Below are positions 35,401-39,843 of a stretch of 64,000 nt of DNA, piece by piece. A program made the position numbers and the translations under genes. The notes under the pieces are model-generated. The model had not been told where the DNA came from. It saw nothing but the letters and a program-made list of their open reading frames with translations, and searched no databases. Source of the stretch: a virus; IMG/VR virus record IMGVR_UViG_3300045988_127105, positions 8,249 through 72,248 of that record. The stretch is one strand, 5' to 3'. Position 1 is the first letter of the stretch, and each line of letters starts with the position of its first letter.

Positions 35401-35476
35401 TATTATAGTCCTGGCTATAGCCGTTGTCAGCCATAAGCTTGTACATCCTCTGCAACTTACTTCTATCTATTGCCAT
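17435..35476 (-). CDS. giant polyvalent multi-domain protein (6,013 aa) with a DarB-like methyltransferase-helicase core
   Basis: Uninterrupted ATG..TAA ORF.
- MTase motif I EPSAGNG: aa 2811, nt 27026-27046.
- MTase motif IV NPPF: aa 2869, nt 26861-26872.
- Helicase motif I GDMTGIGKGR: aa ~3240.
- Helicase motif II DESH: aa 3390, nt 25298-25309.
- Helicase motif VI QMRGRIDRTGQ: aa 3772.
- HESVH at aa 1753, HEYAH at aa 2252, HETVGH at aa 4741.
- Gly-rich hydrophobic region aa ~380-510; TM-like segment aa ~5640-5665. Confidence 0.9.
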   Translation of the reverse strand: MAIDRSKLQRMYKLMADNGYSQDYNTFEKKFTGNSNYANRKAVYDLFTKNGADLGGSYEEFMRKLQKPRATKPQQQPKTALGRAQQSVAKEKWGGGVVTHGNTTAYESASAPMENDSELVRGLKNANAVQRLQAPVSYTKPGAVKQMVKQTRERQHIVGQNVEQAGRQFTNRERDRRNAPAFDLGNEDVNNNIVKTRGQLEDELEESSRQLVDKQLGGYINNSIQKMFKDATVKGVAAEDALSKASPFAYMAAGKAYNEALDPDKLMNQLSKNAEKDMAGLFSDPKMQKEIAEKAASLGIDPEDYVKNYIAPGLQAKIAEEFEKSELSRNMPKSTAEYIIRGVNDSMIGTILSMGMMSKKQRQYAQQGMAMTDNGENPYVKPGMGARVARGTLSFAADAPVFGALGKAGAAVAGKVMGNGVAQAARIANTSLRGRIVRMATAGAVSQGVTGVLYGSTNAAVQNYSTGDDTSIGNTVKLMTMGGLSEGASWATMGGIGGAVGAGIYNVSGVKRIPAKVFQIAMEGWGMHVGGNVAKMIEGHDTDFWSVEGTLEACANVVALKLTHARLPNRYTKDGKKESYLDMVKRNLANLMVSDGQRASFGGYTFTNEEKEQLFGSNKAPLRKMYERLIEDMPLRPEGFTHWALRTKKTTARGKGEESYKDTDAEFVKTAYDEIMADNTIPWDTKAKFSALVMGTVPSSRPMMEYIGYGGGTISEYSKYGELLSEHIVKTEDERDSVVYSLRLRRENQRLSNAYGAAQIKDEKTAQETLETVAETFGFTAEQLKAAMDKDPLKRSEEEQNACVALRKAYEGEQFPEGTLHPDQSQTEGKDVVEENNLGTENPNNEAVDEVLNNMKNAEKAFNAALESNDVLKQEYERLTKEGLSEPQIYMELINSGLTQEQLAPFADYINAKAKAVGMYRGTEQKIAETVQKHVEQWSYKGELNGEKQEGGQMLFVKDNNGRLLIVGAGDVAFDSEGRARENVGDMLSVLDPNTKEMDFVSKKDVQLDHVEKTEDYAKNYQEMLEVMNSVAYAESEKVKEKSEKSDTKTESVVTPKEGASAPGVEDVKPIGEGEKKNPSDNGNGSNETLTFADGSPVPMMKDTKGRETADYSQMTPEQGAEWMSSQFGENAETAVDGQIKRAEKMLKEAEKIKVDYTGDLNDAKEAEAQKTKAVDAAKAELELYTNIKKVMTANKVKAGMEKVGSVGEEGSVGSVGEVSVAVREKFEKSKKIPGRRGSITLPDGTKITGQYFYGEVSGLTPSHDPFNDFKQNEGFPVNEDGSSSNSRSYKDKESRLFTEKIGRDFGGQALKNVPVVQDGILLSGNGTTMGKQLAERYGTDGKYYESLSENAEGFGWTPKQIEEAGFKGTVYFVPDKKMPLTSKTFDLFNRQETKSIGNTEQSVKNAKVLSTDEVGAIIAEIEGSGSLDAFFNNPTAINSLLKRLIDKGVIGLNEIAGLREGEDKLSAAGKDFVKNLLLGSVFSENTIRMMGADAMLKTKALNGIRAVTDNMKLGDYALMKEIDQAVQLLYEARQGGSGVDAYLRTPAMFGENAADRFDPISQAIALALEGKVEDFRELMMAYNRNAAPYADANQTEMFGERPTNEEFIKEFLKLRNWKNYETRHSSKEGNGDAGSSEGTEPQAPGGNVITSEADYNKAVEQLKEAKGEERERILDQMGEYVKEFAKSNGYDEPVVLRTKQDLADAAKTENDKTIIENMPEGAHYPGYYEDGKIHIYLEGSTGSEELRETFEHESVHADNEVDPSRVEALVYSITDMNTLTREELERVVEVLSNMKEYTERASEMDDTDALYMLADEALAHLVTYAQEHGKDAMSEITDNPTLLNISEKSLKERENDRRRKEGLAKSGDKTLERKNIDDVSTEENGGPLEGDKEGKPGNDNGGSPDRDVQARKGQREVDKAIKRIATEITKKTGIEVVTDEKEAEEVIRESEETDSDLKYHKETDEATLEELENGETVKVYRAMQVIDGKLYPPMAAAVNGKRVEANELGVWIRADENPDLAIPDIDSKTKEQKVDKKTGELKWKFKLDKGGKDATGKKATDIPAAYNPYWHTSRSPLNDQFKSAWIRPNIVVVECEVPVSELSSGYKAERAKDAVGEVDWKSGVVSGEVYKQTGRARKVILSRWCKPVRVLSDAEVAQRAKEFVGDAKVEIPENVLTPRQRIEFEKAGFKIGAPEKGVKKSDQINEALKRGLQIDNSVKEFRTAKGEVYGFTDGEKIYLDTKKMKPETPLHEYAHLWCDMLRKVNPKEWENVKKLFDKVEGLKEEVQKLYPELEGDALYEEMITTYSGREGTKKLEDVVRKLAAEEGKSVTESAKAQGFLEKVKVALTKYWKGVADVLGIHFTTAEEVADKVLADWAKGVDPRGSEKGKVKSEESDSKVEGVVTPKGDIKDATAPKGEEPLAILPKKEEKAFDPIGKAAENYKKDHPLTEGEIRSSDVDDIAKDMAVDYLNGEVTDDLHRAVYESIYEKVKDAKMKNATKQADNKTETTETPKVEASASPIEGLKNAAEKFAKEKEAAAEAMGEVKKPQQKADDAAVEASNKKVNDLWNDLLKAGREDLSASFIGLNARQLEVLPKLVSAMAENAYLRIKRGMHNLEDVVKEMRKEFAPAAQVFKKEDVDAIYEQMMNIRYRDGEQRMSLKEWADYYEKSSPKHKEELVGDSKEAEDRKLREKRFVDKVNIQLGFGHKFNGIVELRKMAEKCGLKDVKDTDLQELAETAIVHRARGIASSESTNNTEKFKRIKKLYENQPSLNQRDSERVMKQQYSTPAPYAFLADMYVKAGIEVKSALEPSAGNGMLTIGLPKDAVHVNDIDAQRLANLQRQGFKNITSQDGTQPFADKDVDVVVTNPPFGSATTKEYDGYKISSLEGQMAINALESMKDNGRAAIIIGGKTEYAKNGSLNPKDKALLGFLYSHYNVEDVINVDGSLYAKQGTTYPTRIILINGRRFDENAYPPVKDKARAEAVKSYDELYKRINDDILRSGRMDSPVGEGGEDANAKPNRPSVADVNEEGVRAGGNGGGEQKPSVRTGGVHDKTAEPVSDNVLGTEGGTKPGENGGLPDGATGANGAGAEPTPSKEPTTGTNKQRGNEPGGNGRPNTQPNADETTDAGNGGRPRGQLERVDRPVRGLSAEKVAYTPRSENPFTLKAVMPADQQDAVNKNLEKLGDADQFLVDELGYNDKADLYAHLAAEQVDSVALALQQAKKGNAFIIGDMTGIGKGRQAASLIRYAKKQGQVPVYFTKTAGLLSDVYRDLVDIGSKELRPFVFGSAKEAAITDADGNVVFALPSKSEVKRVLDYIEKNGELPKEYDYVLTTYSQVSNGVYEFDENGNRKERKLAKGKKFGAAAISGQARRDAIEKLMKNGYLILDESHTAGGDSGQGNYFQHIIQKAKNVTFFSATFAKRPDNMPIYALRTAMNQGGLKASDLIDAVKRGGATLQEIMSQALTQCGQMIRRERDMTGVTIDWKAIDDPEVVAEQREQYDSIIGLFNDIINFQRTYVSAYVDRRNEELAEVQSSMGIKRGTEALGIKNQPFASKAFNTVQQVLLSLKAKSAAERAIDYLKQGMKPVIALNNTNESQTGNLALGEEMDAPDLGTSLKKGLEGTLRYTSKNAKDESESGYINLSDLGADAVEAYHALEEKIRKTSTGLSLSPIDVIKNELTKAGYKVGELTGRQTEFAYNENGTVTKVKRADTDKKKLAREFNDGQIDALILNKSAATGISLHASSKYADQRKRVMIVAQQQLDVNDEVQMRGRIDRTGQVARGAYEYVVSLIPAEQRLLMMFKAKLKSLDANTTSSQKSKFNEMEVADITNKYGDKVVKEYMAEHLDLYARMADPFGWEKSYGADLSAVDPQKLVSSSDGMSSEAGGDASKLLGRMALLKVKEQEKMLQEIGDLYAAEIQRLNEMGENDLEITELPLKAKTINKGVWKEGSEPGGDNAFADNTYVEKVNMAVLKKPMKAEEVKKAQDGLTGGKSWDEYKKEKKKAIEDYFINKAKEEGAKIEERARKAAAKAREKHLKDALRNQKNSGMTDEQIAQMAIYQQDNIYKVENEKGEEVVKNLKAKAEMFYRILETFNTEDAFVLPTDMNNPAELSGFGNSYGRLIDIKITDNFSPNASTVSFATLDGRRKITFPINGKAGLGSDKADVIGIIDRLTRQASAMGDNHLRVLSMDTSNWDKLTSNESRKDGYIITGNLLQALIDTKEQGLGGQLVKYTTDTGDVKTGILMPGNFEPNGLANEKPINSVAEKFELPSNKGGITEVTSSDGDVKIEQGFDYMKMARNYTIRVPKSNKKGGKYFLDKELLKMVDGGNFETRGNTMLAEVKEEKLKDVLDRLSELGVKVKEESKVHYRMELGDTFSDSKEHFDAVRDRAVEEKGIVMPNLNKEKVKVVEVEKSPFGNNIETSLKNAREWARENLVTMGKTEMPTMRDGTPYIISKRAVEKYLSESAVRKSENLDIHLSVLPKLTDVIHESIEAEIHADYNVKDETGKRKAELGYGNNILVHRLYGAVEMDGKIYRVKTTMQEFRGGEENKPHSYEVTKIELPDTPGTAVLPDSSPLDMTPSNSKNITSEGSEKANESDSLPLNSTTNGYISTAKLLQGVEKSYDSGKKLLDESKNLTDGETFFRKEGDGVVTPEKTSGTSNAVSERIIKTVEKVAKRTGGKVKMVNSVEEIENPKVRKDIENGKQVTGWYDEKTGEVHLYMPNIHDSYTAEKTVWHETVGHKGMRGLLGDKFNDYMRGLWMDLDNPINAELRAYVKEKMNMNHLGFYDAIEEFIAKSAEDGKGEPGFWNYIKNKVTDALHEIGYRVSPNVKAVKYMLWLAKNVQKHGDSPLWKMRAEAVRWKIEHEKTEYTKIEGGELYDNDGKSHDFEGMSREEWLEATDGEIHYRTAPSAATALDRYHHALDRHSYMATEAFMDNMLSLKKLMEAIDPSIRKIEDVNSSMNPYLMQNITEGMMSDKSKLFEIRYMDPLSKAMSSVLDSFDGKKVEDRIRNFNLYMIRKHGLERNRVLFVRDWIRSEKGKVKSEESDSVDALETAWKDERSDLRKKLDSGQIDLKEYYRQMDEWIVQNLDKDFKAEEHDYSGMHGLQGIDDMKSPYDDAGAIDEVVSQEASMESMKKGSVADFWKKVKAATDYSVNSDYENNIITKETHDGVLNMFDWYVPLRKFDEATAEDVYGYVTEMGDPSNYIGTTLMNAKGRKSLSNVEILAQIGLMGNRAIRNGGQNSIKLAFARFVRNSGEQNLVKETKVWVEKTGTDLNGNDIWEEAYPQIPEGASADDVASIVDAFETDMRTKQAKGEAKSLSNGTDIGFKFQRAKDKSQHFVDVKIAGRTHRFVVLGNPRAAQALNGMLENGKASVRSLQAVTRWMAMASTSWSPEFVMRNIVRDMEFASSHVAAKEGGRYLAKWSRYYGELNPLNMFYNEGAGSLKSMKMKDFKNGVGFGLYARYREGTLGNSKMERYFKEFMENGGETGFVQLFSMHDMEKSYKSIVEKESAKGAKKVMVNAVEVLKKLGENVENLNEVAENMARFATYCTSRDLGRSAARSAYDAKEVSTNFNRHGSGDAIKSFKNGEMGDWQKARRNTYGFVAGYLRNYSMFFNAGIQSTNLLFKNIKRAPVGTTVAMTSAPFALALIMAAVNNAIIQNEDDKDRGNVKDPYGELPDYIRRNNLCIYVGNNKFVTVPLAIELRAFYSLGDLAAGQTFAKNVKSQRNMAMDAVGCMSQLFPVMDFLNNPNYEKSLENGVGMTTEGIAPTAIVPFIEWWLNNDWKGAPIRRTGDKTELNPAWQNAYNNVPARLVDLNKWVNAKTNNIAPGNPEMKGNEVLDWATDPSMLNHFFGSWSGGMGTFTQRTAGLVAKATTGKTDEIEVGDVPFLRSLFYTPREQSSMARTKAKWYNYKEEMEQTIANNDKLNSKNVPTMKRIENAAALEKFEGSPEQRKVNIIKNAEKRMRHWNTMRKKWADDKKQVDFANKNIEMIMQEAVEDLDRIE

Positions 35477-35488
35477 ATATTTTTCAAA

Positions 35489-36691
35489 TTAAAGTTTAAA
35501 ACCCGATGCCCAACCTCTTTTCTTCGGCTTGGCGTTATTCTTTCGTGAGGCTCTTGCCTTGTTCTGCTGCTGAGCCGCCTGACTCGTCATAGAAGGGCCT
35601 TTCTTTCGTTGTGTCGTTGTAACCTCCTCGCCTTTAGAATTGTAGGCCTTCGTGCTAACCGAAGTACTTGACTCACCATGCGGCAACGCTCCATACTCAC
35701 GATAATATTCTTGCTCCCACATCGTCTGGTTTGGTTGATAACGCATTTTGCCGCTTTTGTCCACAAACCAATACTTGCCGCCCGATGTCTTGCCTCCTCT
35801 GCCAGAACCGCTCTTTGCTGCTCGTTTTGCAGATATGGCAATGCGTCTGTCTGTCTGACCGTTCTTAATTTTGTCCTGCTCCTTCTTATACGCAAACTTA
35901 TCATCGGCAAGCTTGGCGTTATGTTCATCCTTTCCTTTCTGATGCCCAAATCTGTCCTCAGCCAATTTTTGTGCCTTTTCACGTATGCCAAGAGCAAGGT
36001 TTTTATAAGCTCTGTCTGCATCTGCTGCATCCATCTTTATCTGCAAGTTGGCATTCTTATACGCAGCGTCAGCCTCAGCAGCAGCCTTTCTCGCACGTTC
36101 TGCCTTTCTCTTGTCAAGGTCTGCTTGCATCTCGGCAGTCGGACTATTAAACTTCTGTAGCGCAGCGCCCTTGGAGGTATTATAGATATTCCCCATGTGT
36201 CGTATTGCATCAGCTAAAGTGGCTATGCGCATATTGTTTCTCGTCATGCGCTCGTCATAATCATCATCACTCTCGCCTTCACGCCTTCCTGGTCGCTTCT
36301 TCGACAATCCGCCAAGCCACTTAAAGAAACCACCATCCCTTTGACTATCGTCCTTCTCAAACACAGCAGTAACACCCTTATCACCACCAACAGCACCCAA
36401 ATCAACACCACCCAAAGGCTTAGAGTTAAGAGCGTAAGAGGATGGCATACTTCCCTCTAACTCCCTCGGATTTGACGTCTGCCACGGTTGTTGAGCATTG
36501 CTGCCCTCATTCACTGGCTTACCGTAAGGTGACCATCCTACATTTACAGGCATATTCTCAAACGTAGTAGGTCGTTTACCGCTAAACACATTAGCCGGTT
36601 GCTGAGGCTGTGCCAAAACACCAGGAGCCACAACACCAGGCTGTGTTACAACACCCTCCCTCTTCTCCTTATCGTCCAATACTGTGTTCAT
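35489..36691 (-). CDS. basic, low-complexity protein (internal or ejected virion protein candidate)
   Basis: 400 aa, K/R/G-rich with a coiled-coil middle. Its stop lies 12 nt upstream of the giant ORF's start. Confidence 0.75.
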   Translation of the reverse strand: MNTVLDDKEKREGVVTQPGVVAPGVLAQPQQPANVFSGKRPTTFENMPVNVGWSPYGKPVNEGSNAQQPWQTSNPRELEGSMPSSYALNSKPLGGVDLGAVGGDKGVTAVFEKDDSQRDGGFFKWLGGLSKKRPGRREGESDDDYDERMTRNNMRIATLADAIRHMGNIYNTSKGAALQKFNSPTAEMQADLDKRKAERARKAAAEADAAYKNANLQIKMDAADADRAYKNLALGIREKAQKLAEDRFGHQKGKDEHNAKLADDKFAYKKEQDKIKNGQTDRRIAISAKRAAKSGSGRGGKTSGGKYWFVDKSGKMRYQPNQTMWEQEYYREYGALPHGESSTSVSTKAYNSKGEEVTTTQRKKGPSMTSQAAQQQNKARASRKNNAKPKKRGWASGFKL

Positions 36692-37463
36692 AATCCTCCA
36701 CGTTTTTCTTCAACAAGTCAAACGCCTGACCAAGGGTATTGACAAACTTCTCTGCCTTTTCCCTACGCTTGTACTGAAATTCTATCTCCTTGTTCAGTAC
36801 AGCAATCACCTCGCACTTCTCTGACATGCGCTTAGCGTTCTTCTTTATCCTCTCTATCACCTTGTCCTTATACGCCAAAGCCTTCTCGTCCGACTTCAAG
36901 CAACGCTCAAATCTGTCACGCTCAGCACACACATCCTTGAAGAGAGCGTTCAAGTTCTCCAGCTCGGCCTTCAACGACTCAACCTCAGACGCAGGCTTGT
37001 TCTTCTTTGACTTTTCGACCTTCTCTTCAGTAACAGGATTGATAATATCTTTTTTAACTTTATGCCAAAACGACTCTTCATGGCTCTTTTGTGCAACGTT
37101 TGCCTTGTCAATCTTAGCGTTGATGGCATCTTCAACGGCCTGCATAGCCGTCTTTGCTGTCTCCTTGCGATACAATTCACCATATGTCATAGCACGCCCC
37201 CACGGTTCCAAAGAAAGAATAATTACTTCAGAAAATCCTCCAATGGACCGCAAAGTCTCTTCTTGCAGCTCCATAAGCTCCTTAAATTCCTTTGTCTCAG
37301 CAAGCTTCTTGCGCTCATACTCTCGGTTTGCAACCTCGTCGTCCAAAGCTCCCTTGAACTCCTTTGCCGCATTGACAAGCTCCTCAAAGCCATCCATATT
37401 GGCGTTGTTCTTCACCGTATTATTCACGTTCTTAACGTTCTTTCTGTTCTTAAATCTCTTCAT
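36669..37463 (-). CDS. coiled-coil protein
   Basis: ATG at 37463 (MKRFKNRKN...); the track start at 37472 is TTG. 264 aa, highly charged and helical. Overlaps the next gene by 23 nt. Confidence 0.7.
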   Translation of the reverse strand: MKRFKNRKNVKNVNNTVKNNANMDGFEELVNAAKEFKGALDDEVANREYERKKLAETKEFKELMELQEETLRSIGGFSEVIILSLEPWGRAMTYGELYRKETAKTAMQAVEDAINAKIDKANVAQKSHEESFWHKVKKDIINPVTEEKVEKSKKNKPASEVESLKAELENLNALFKDVCAERDRFERCLKSDEKALAYKDKVIERIKKNAKRMSEKCEVIAVLNKEIEFQYKRREKAEKFVNTLGQAFDLLKKNVEDYEHSIGR

Positions 37464-37502
37464 ATTGAGCAATAATTTTAATTTGAAAAAAAATATATAT
37501 GA

Positions 37503-38243
37503 TTAAACTCCCGTCACATTCTTCAACAACTTATCGCCAAAGTAGTCACTCGCTGTCTTTTCTCCAGCAACACCAGATGCACCTGTATCAGCTTTACCCG
37601 GACCATCCAACGCCGATGCTGCACTCATCATAGCATTACTCATATTCTGAGCTGCTTCAGCCGTATTCGCTGCCTGCTGATTGTAAATATTCTCTCTCTG
37701 CTTAGAAAGACTCTGCTCGTTCCTCATGTGCTGATCAGAAACACTCGCCTTTCTCGCCGTGTCATTGGCGCCAATATTCGCAATAGTATTACCCATCGTC
37801 CTATTTGCTGCCTCCTTTGCCATAGCTGTACTCGCGGCTGTTCCGCCACCAACTGCTGCAGCTCCATCCGCCTTACGAATGTAATTGTCCTGAACCTCCT
37901 GAGCCCTACGCATCAAGTTCTGACCAGCCTTTGTATCCAAGTAGTCCGTATTATACTCCTTGTCATACCAAGCCTTCTCCGCATTCGTGCGATATTTCTG
38001 CTCGGCCAATGCTCTCTTGGCTGCCTTACGCGACTTAAGACCTCCAAACAACGAACTACCTACACTCAAACCTAAACTGGCTGCACCAAGCAAACCTATC
38101 ATCGGATTATTCGCACCCGACAACTCACTAAAGCCTAATGGCAACCTAAAGTATCTGCTAATGTCTGTCATATCTATATCTTTTTTAATAACCATAACTA
38201 ACATTCTTTCTCTCCAGTACCTTTTTCTTGGGGAATATAACAT
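37503..38243 (-). CDS. hypothetical protein with an N-terminal hydrophobic segment
   Basis: 246-aa ORF. The longest start (38243) lies inside the tandem repeat array, so internal ATGs at 38204, 38195 or 38171 are more plausible. Contains MIGLLGAASLGLSVGSSLFGGL. Confidence 0.65.
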   Translation of the reverse strand: MLYSPRKRYWRERMLVMVIKKDIDMTDISRYFRLPLGFSELSGANNPMIGLLGAASLGLSVGSSLFGGLKSRKAAKRALAEQKYRTNAEKAWYDKEYNTDYLDTKAGQNLMRRAQEVQDNYIRKADGAAAVGGGTAASTAMAKEAANRTMGNTIANIGANDTARKASVSDQHMRNEQSLSKQRENIYNQQAANTAEAAQNMSNAMMSAASALDGPGKADTGASGVAGEKTASDYFGDKLLKNVTGV

Positions 38244-38398
38244 TGACCCCCTTTCCGGTAGTACCTTTTCCAGGAAATATACTAACGACCTCCTTTCTGT
38301 GGAGTACCTTTTCTGGGGAAAATGATGATGACCTCCTTTGAGAACAGTACCTTTTTATACCTATGCTTTTATCTACTATAATTCGCAGCCAGTACCTA
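38216..38398. repeat. tandem 43-44 bp repeat array (about 3.5 units plus a partial unit)
   Basis: AGTACCTTTT at 38216, 38260, 38303 and 38346, with partial AGTACCTA at 38391. GACCYCCTTT at 38245, 38287 and 38330. GGGGAA/GGAAA between them in each unit. Confidence 0.85.
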
Positions 38399-39187
38399 AG
38401 CCCCCACCCCCTTTGGGTCGTTCATCATCCACCTATGCCTCATCGCTTCCTTATCCTCGCCATCATGCTCTAACCTCTCCAACACGCCAACGCTCCAATC
38501 TATCCTCCCATATCACCCACCATGCCACATACCACTCATGCCACTATCGCCACCCCTCCACATCATCAAGAGCAATCATCTTTCCCTCGTTCTCTCTACC
38601 ATGCGCCTACCAAAGCCACTTTGTAACCTCCTAACTCACTATCTATCAGCCATTTACTCTTTTAACTTCTGACCCCGCAAGGGTCATGTGTCAAGTAACA
38701 CAACATTTGGAAGTCGAAAAAGGCAAGGACAGAAAGCCAAAGAGCGCATCCAAGAACCATAAAGCCATTACAACAAGCCAAAAGCCACAAAAAGAAGCCA
38801 TAAAAGGTCCTTAGTTTGCGTCAAATTTATGGAGAATAACAACATCTTTTTCCGTTTTTCGTCATGTCACAATTTTTTACTTTCCCTCACAAACCCATTT
38901 GTCGAGGCTTTTACCTAAAAATCCGACTTTTTAAACAGTACAAGCGGTCTAACCCCCGTAATTTTTGAGACCGAGAGTTGATTTAGTTCCGAGACAGAAC
39001 AATTAAAAGGCATATAAATGTACGCACGAAAAACCGCTTTTGTAACAAAAAAGTCAAAAGAAGACAAAACAAAGAGTTGCAAAGGTCAGTAAAAACGGCT
39101 TGCAAGTCGGAAAATCATGAAAAAACCACAAAACACGCCTTATACGCTCAATAATGCGCACATAGCACCTCACCGCATAAACACAAA

Positions 39188-39216
39188 AAGCCACTCCTGT
39201 GAGGATAGAGTGACTT
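39188..39216 (-). terminator. intrinsic terminator after the HTH gene (minus sense)
   Basis: Minus sense reads AAGTCACTC-TATCCTCACAG-GAGTGGCTT followed by TTTTGTGTTT. Lies 110 nt downstream of the 39327 stop. Confidence 0.55.
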
Positions 39217-39275
39217 ATATATATAATATAGGATAAAAGGTGTTTATCTGTATTGGATAAAGGGAGAACAATGGG

Positions 39276-39311
39276 GAGATAAGGGGGCTGCCGCCCCCAA
39301 GGGCTTACGCC
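39276..39311. repeat. hairpin-plus-flank element, copy 1
   Basis: GAGATAAG-GGGGGC-TGCC-GCCCCC-AAGGGCTTACGCC. Confidence 0.7.
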
Positions 39312-39326
39312 CTCCCTCCGCTGAGG

Positions 39327-39647
39327 CTACCGCCTTGGATGCGTGCTTGATAACTCGTCTACTATTGTCCAAAACTCCTCGAAGCTATCGGCAGTGTAGT
39401 GCACACCATCGCAGCGGACGAAAGCAGCGAAATCTATATCCTTATTTTGAGATTGTACGCACACCTCCTCGGGAGAAGCAAATAGTTGCCACATCGGTAC
39501 ACTTAATACGCTCGCCCATTTTTCGAGGGTTGGGTATGAAGGTTTGTTAATCTGCAAATACAGCGCTGTATAGCTAATATTAAGCATCGCAGCGAACTCC
39601 TTAAGCGAAATATGTCGCTCATTAAGTATTTCTTTAATACGTGTCAT
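39327..39647 (-). CDS. XRE-family HTH transcriptional regulator (repressor candidate)
   Basis: 106 aa. ISLKEFAAMLNISYTALYLQINKPSYPTLEKWASVLSVPMWQLF matches the Cro/CI-type HTH pattern. Diverges from the early operon, with operator-like repeats between. Confidence 0.8.
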   Translation of the reverse strand: MTRIKEILNERHISLKEFAAMLNISYTALYLQINKPSYPTLEKWASVLSVPMWQLFASPEEVCVQSQNKDIDFAAFVRCDGVHYTADSFEEFWTIVDELSSTHPRR

Positions 39648-39779
39648 ATCTGTTAATAAGTATTTACTTGTGCAAATATACTCATTTTCTTGTTAACATT
39701 AAGCATATACTTAGTTAATACGTGTTAATATTAAGTATTTTATTAACGAAAAACTTGCACGACATTAAGTATTTACTTA
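39621..39779. promoter_or_regulatory. five operator-like 16-bp repeats (consensus ATTAAGTATTTACTTA)
   Basis: Copies at 39621-39636, 39655-39670, 39698-39713, 39730-39745 and 39764-39779. The last overlaps the -7 box; the first lies inside the start of the HTH gene. Confidence 0.65.
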
Positions 39780-39785
39780 ACTTTG
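39778..39785 (+). promoter_or_regulatory. Bacteroidota-type -7 box TAACTTTG (early rightward promoter)
   Basis: Exact TAnnTTTG, followed by CA, 58 nt upstream of the first early ATG. The same 10-mer TAACTTTGCA recurs at 44098 and 63816. Confidence 0.65.
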
Positions 39786-39843
39786 CAAGCGTAATCAAGA
39801 GATTACTTCAACATTAGTATTAACAATTAAAACATACACGATT

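Noticed and set aside
17435-35476. The giant protein might be a virion RNA polymerase (N4 or crAss style), suggested by the 3-nt-loop hairpins in the early region.
   Set aside because: I could not find a DxDGD two-barrel motif or T7-like A/B/C motifs by eye. The recognisable enzymatic core is MTase plus helicase. I keep this only as a low-prior hypothesis in the hairpin finding.
17549-35548. Many long + strand ORFs antisense to the giant gene, for example 27971..29257 (428 aa), 20684..21556 (290 aa), 32447..33256 (269 aa) and 29261..29926.
   Set aside because: They are Leu/Ser/His/Arg-rich with no recognisable motifs, and they lie wholly inside the 18-kb minus-strand ORF that carries clear enzyme motifs. 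This is typical shadow-frame behaviour. The same reasoning applies to 8664..9398, 36790..37506, 57141..57863 and 11172..11861.
38216-38398. The 43-44 bp periodic repeats might be a CRISPR array.
   Set aside because: The whole unit is repeated, including the would-be spacer portion. There are only about 3.5 copies, the repeats are not palindromic, and there are no cas genes. It is a tandem repeat.
38338-38634. 98-aa Pro/Ser/His-rich ORF in the large intergenic region.
   Set aside because: It starts at TTG and is low-complexity. It simply mirrors the G-depleted, C-rich composition of the DNA, and it overlaps the tandem repeat array. I treat the region as non-coding.
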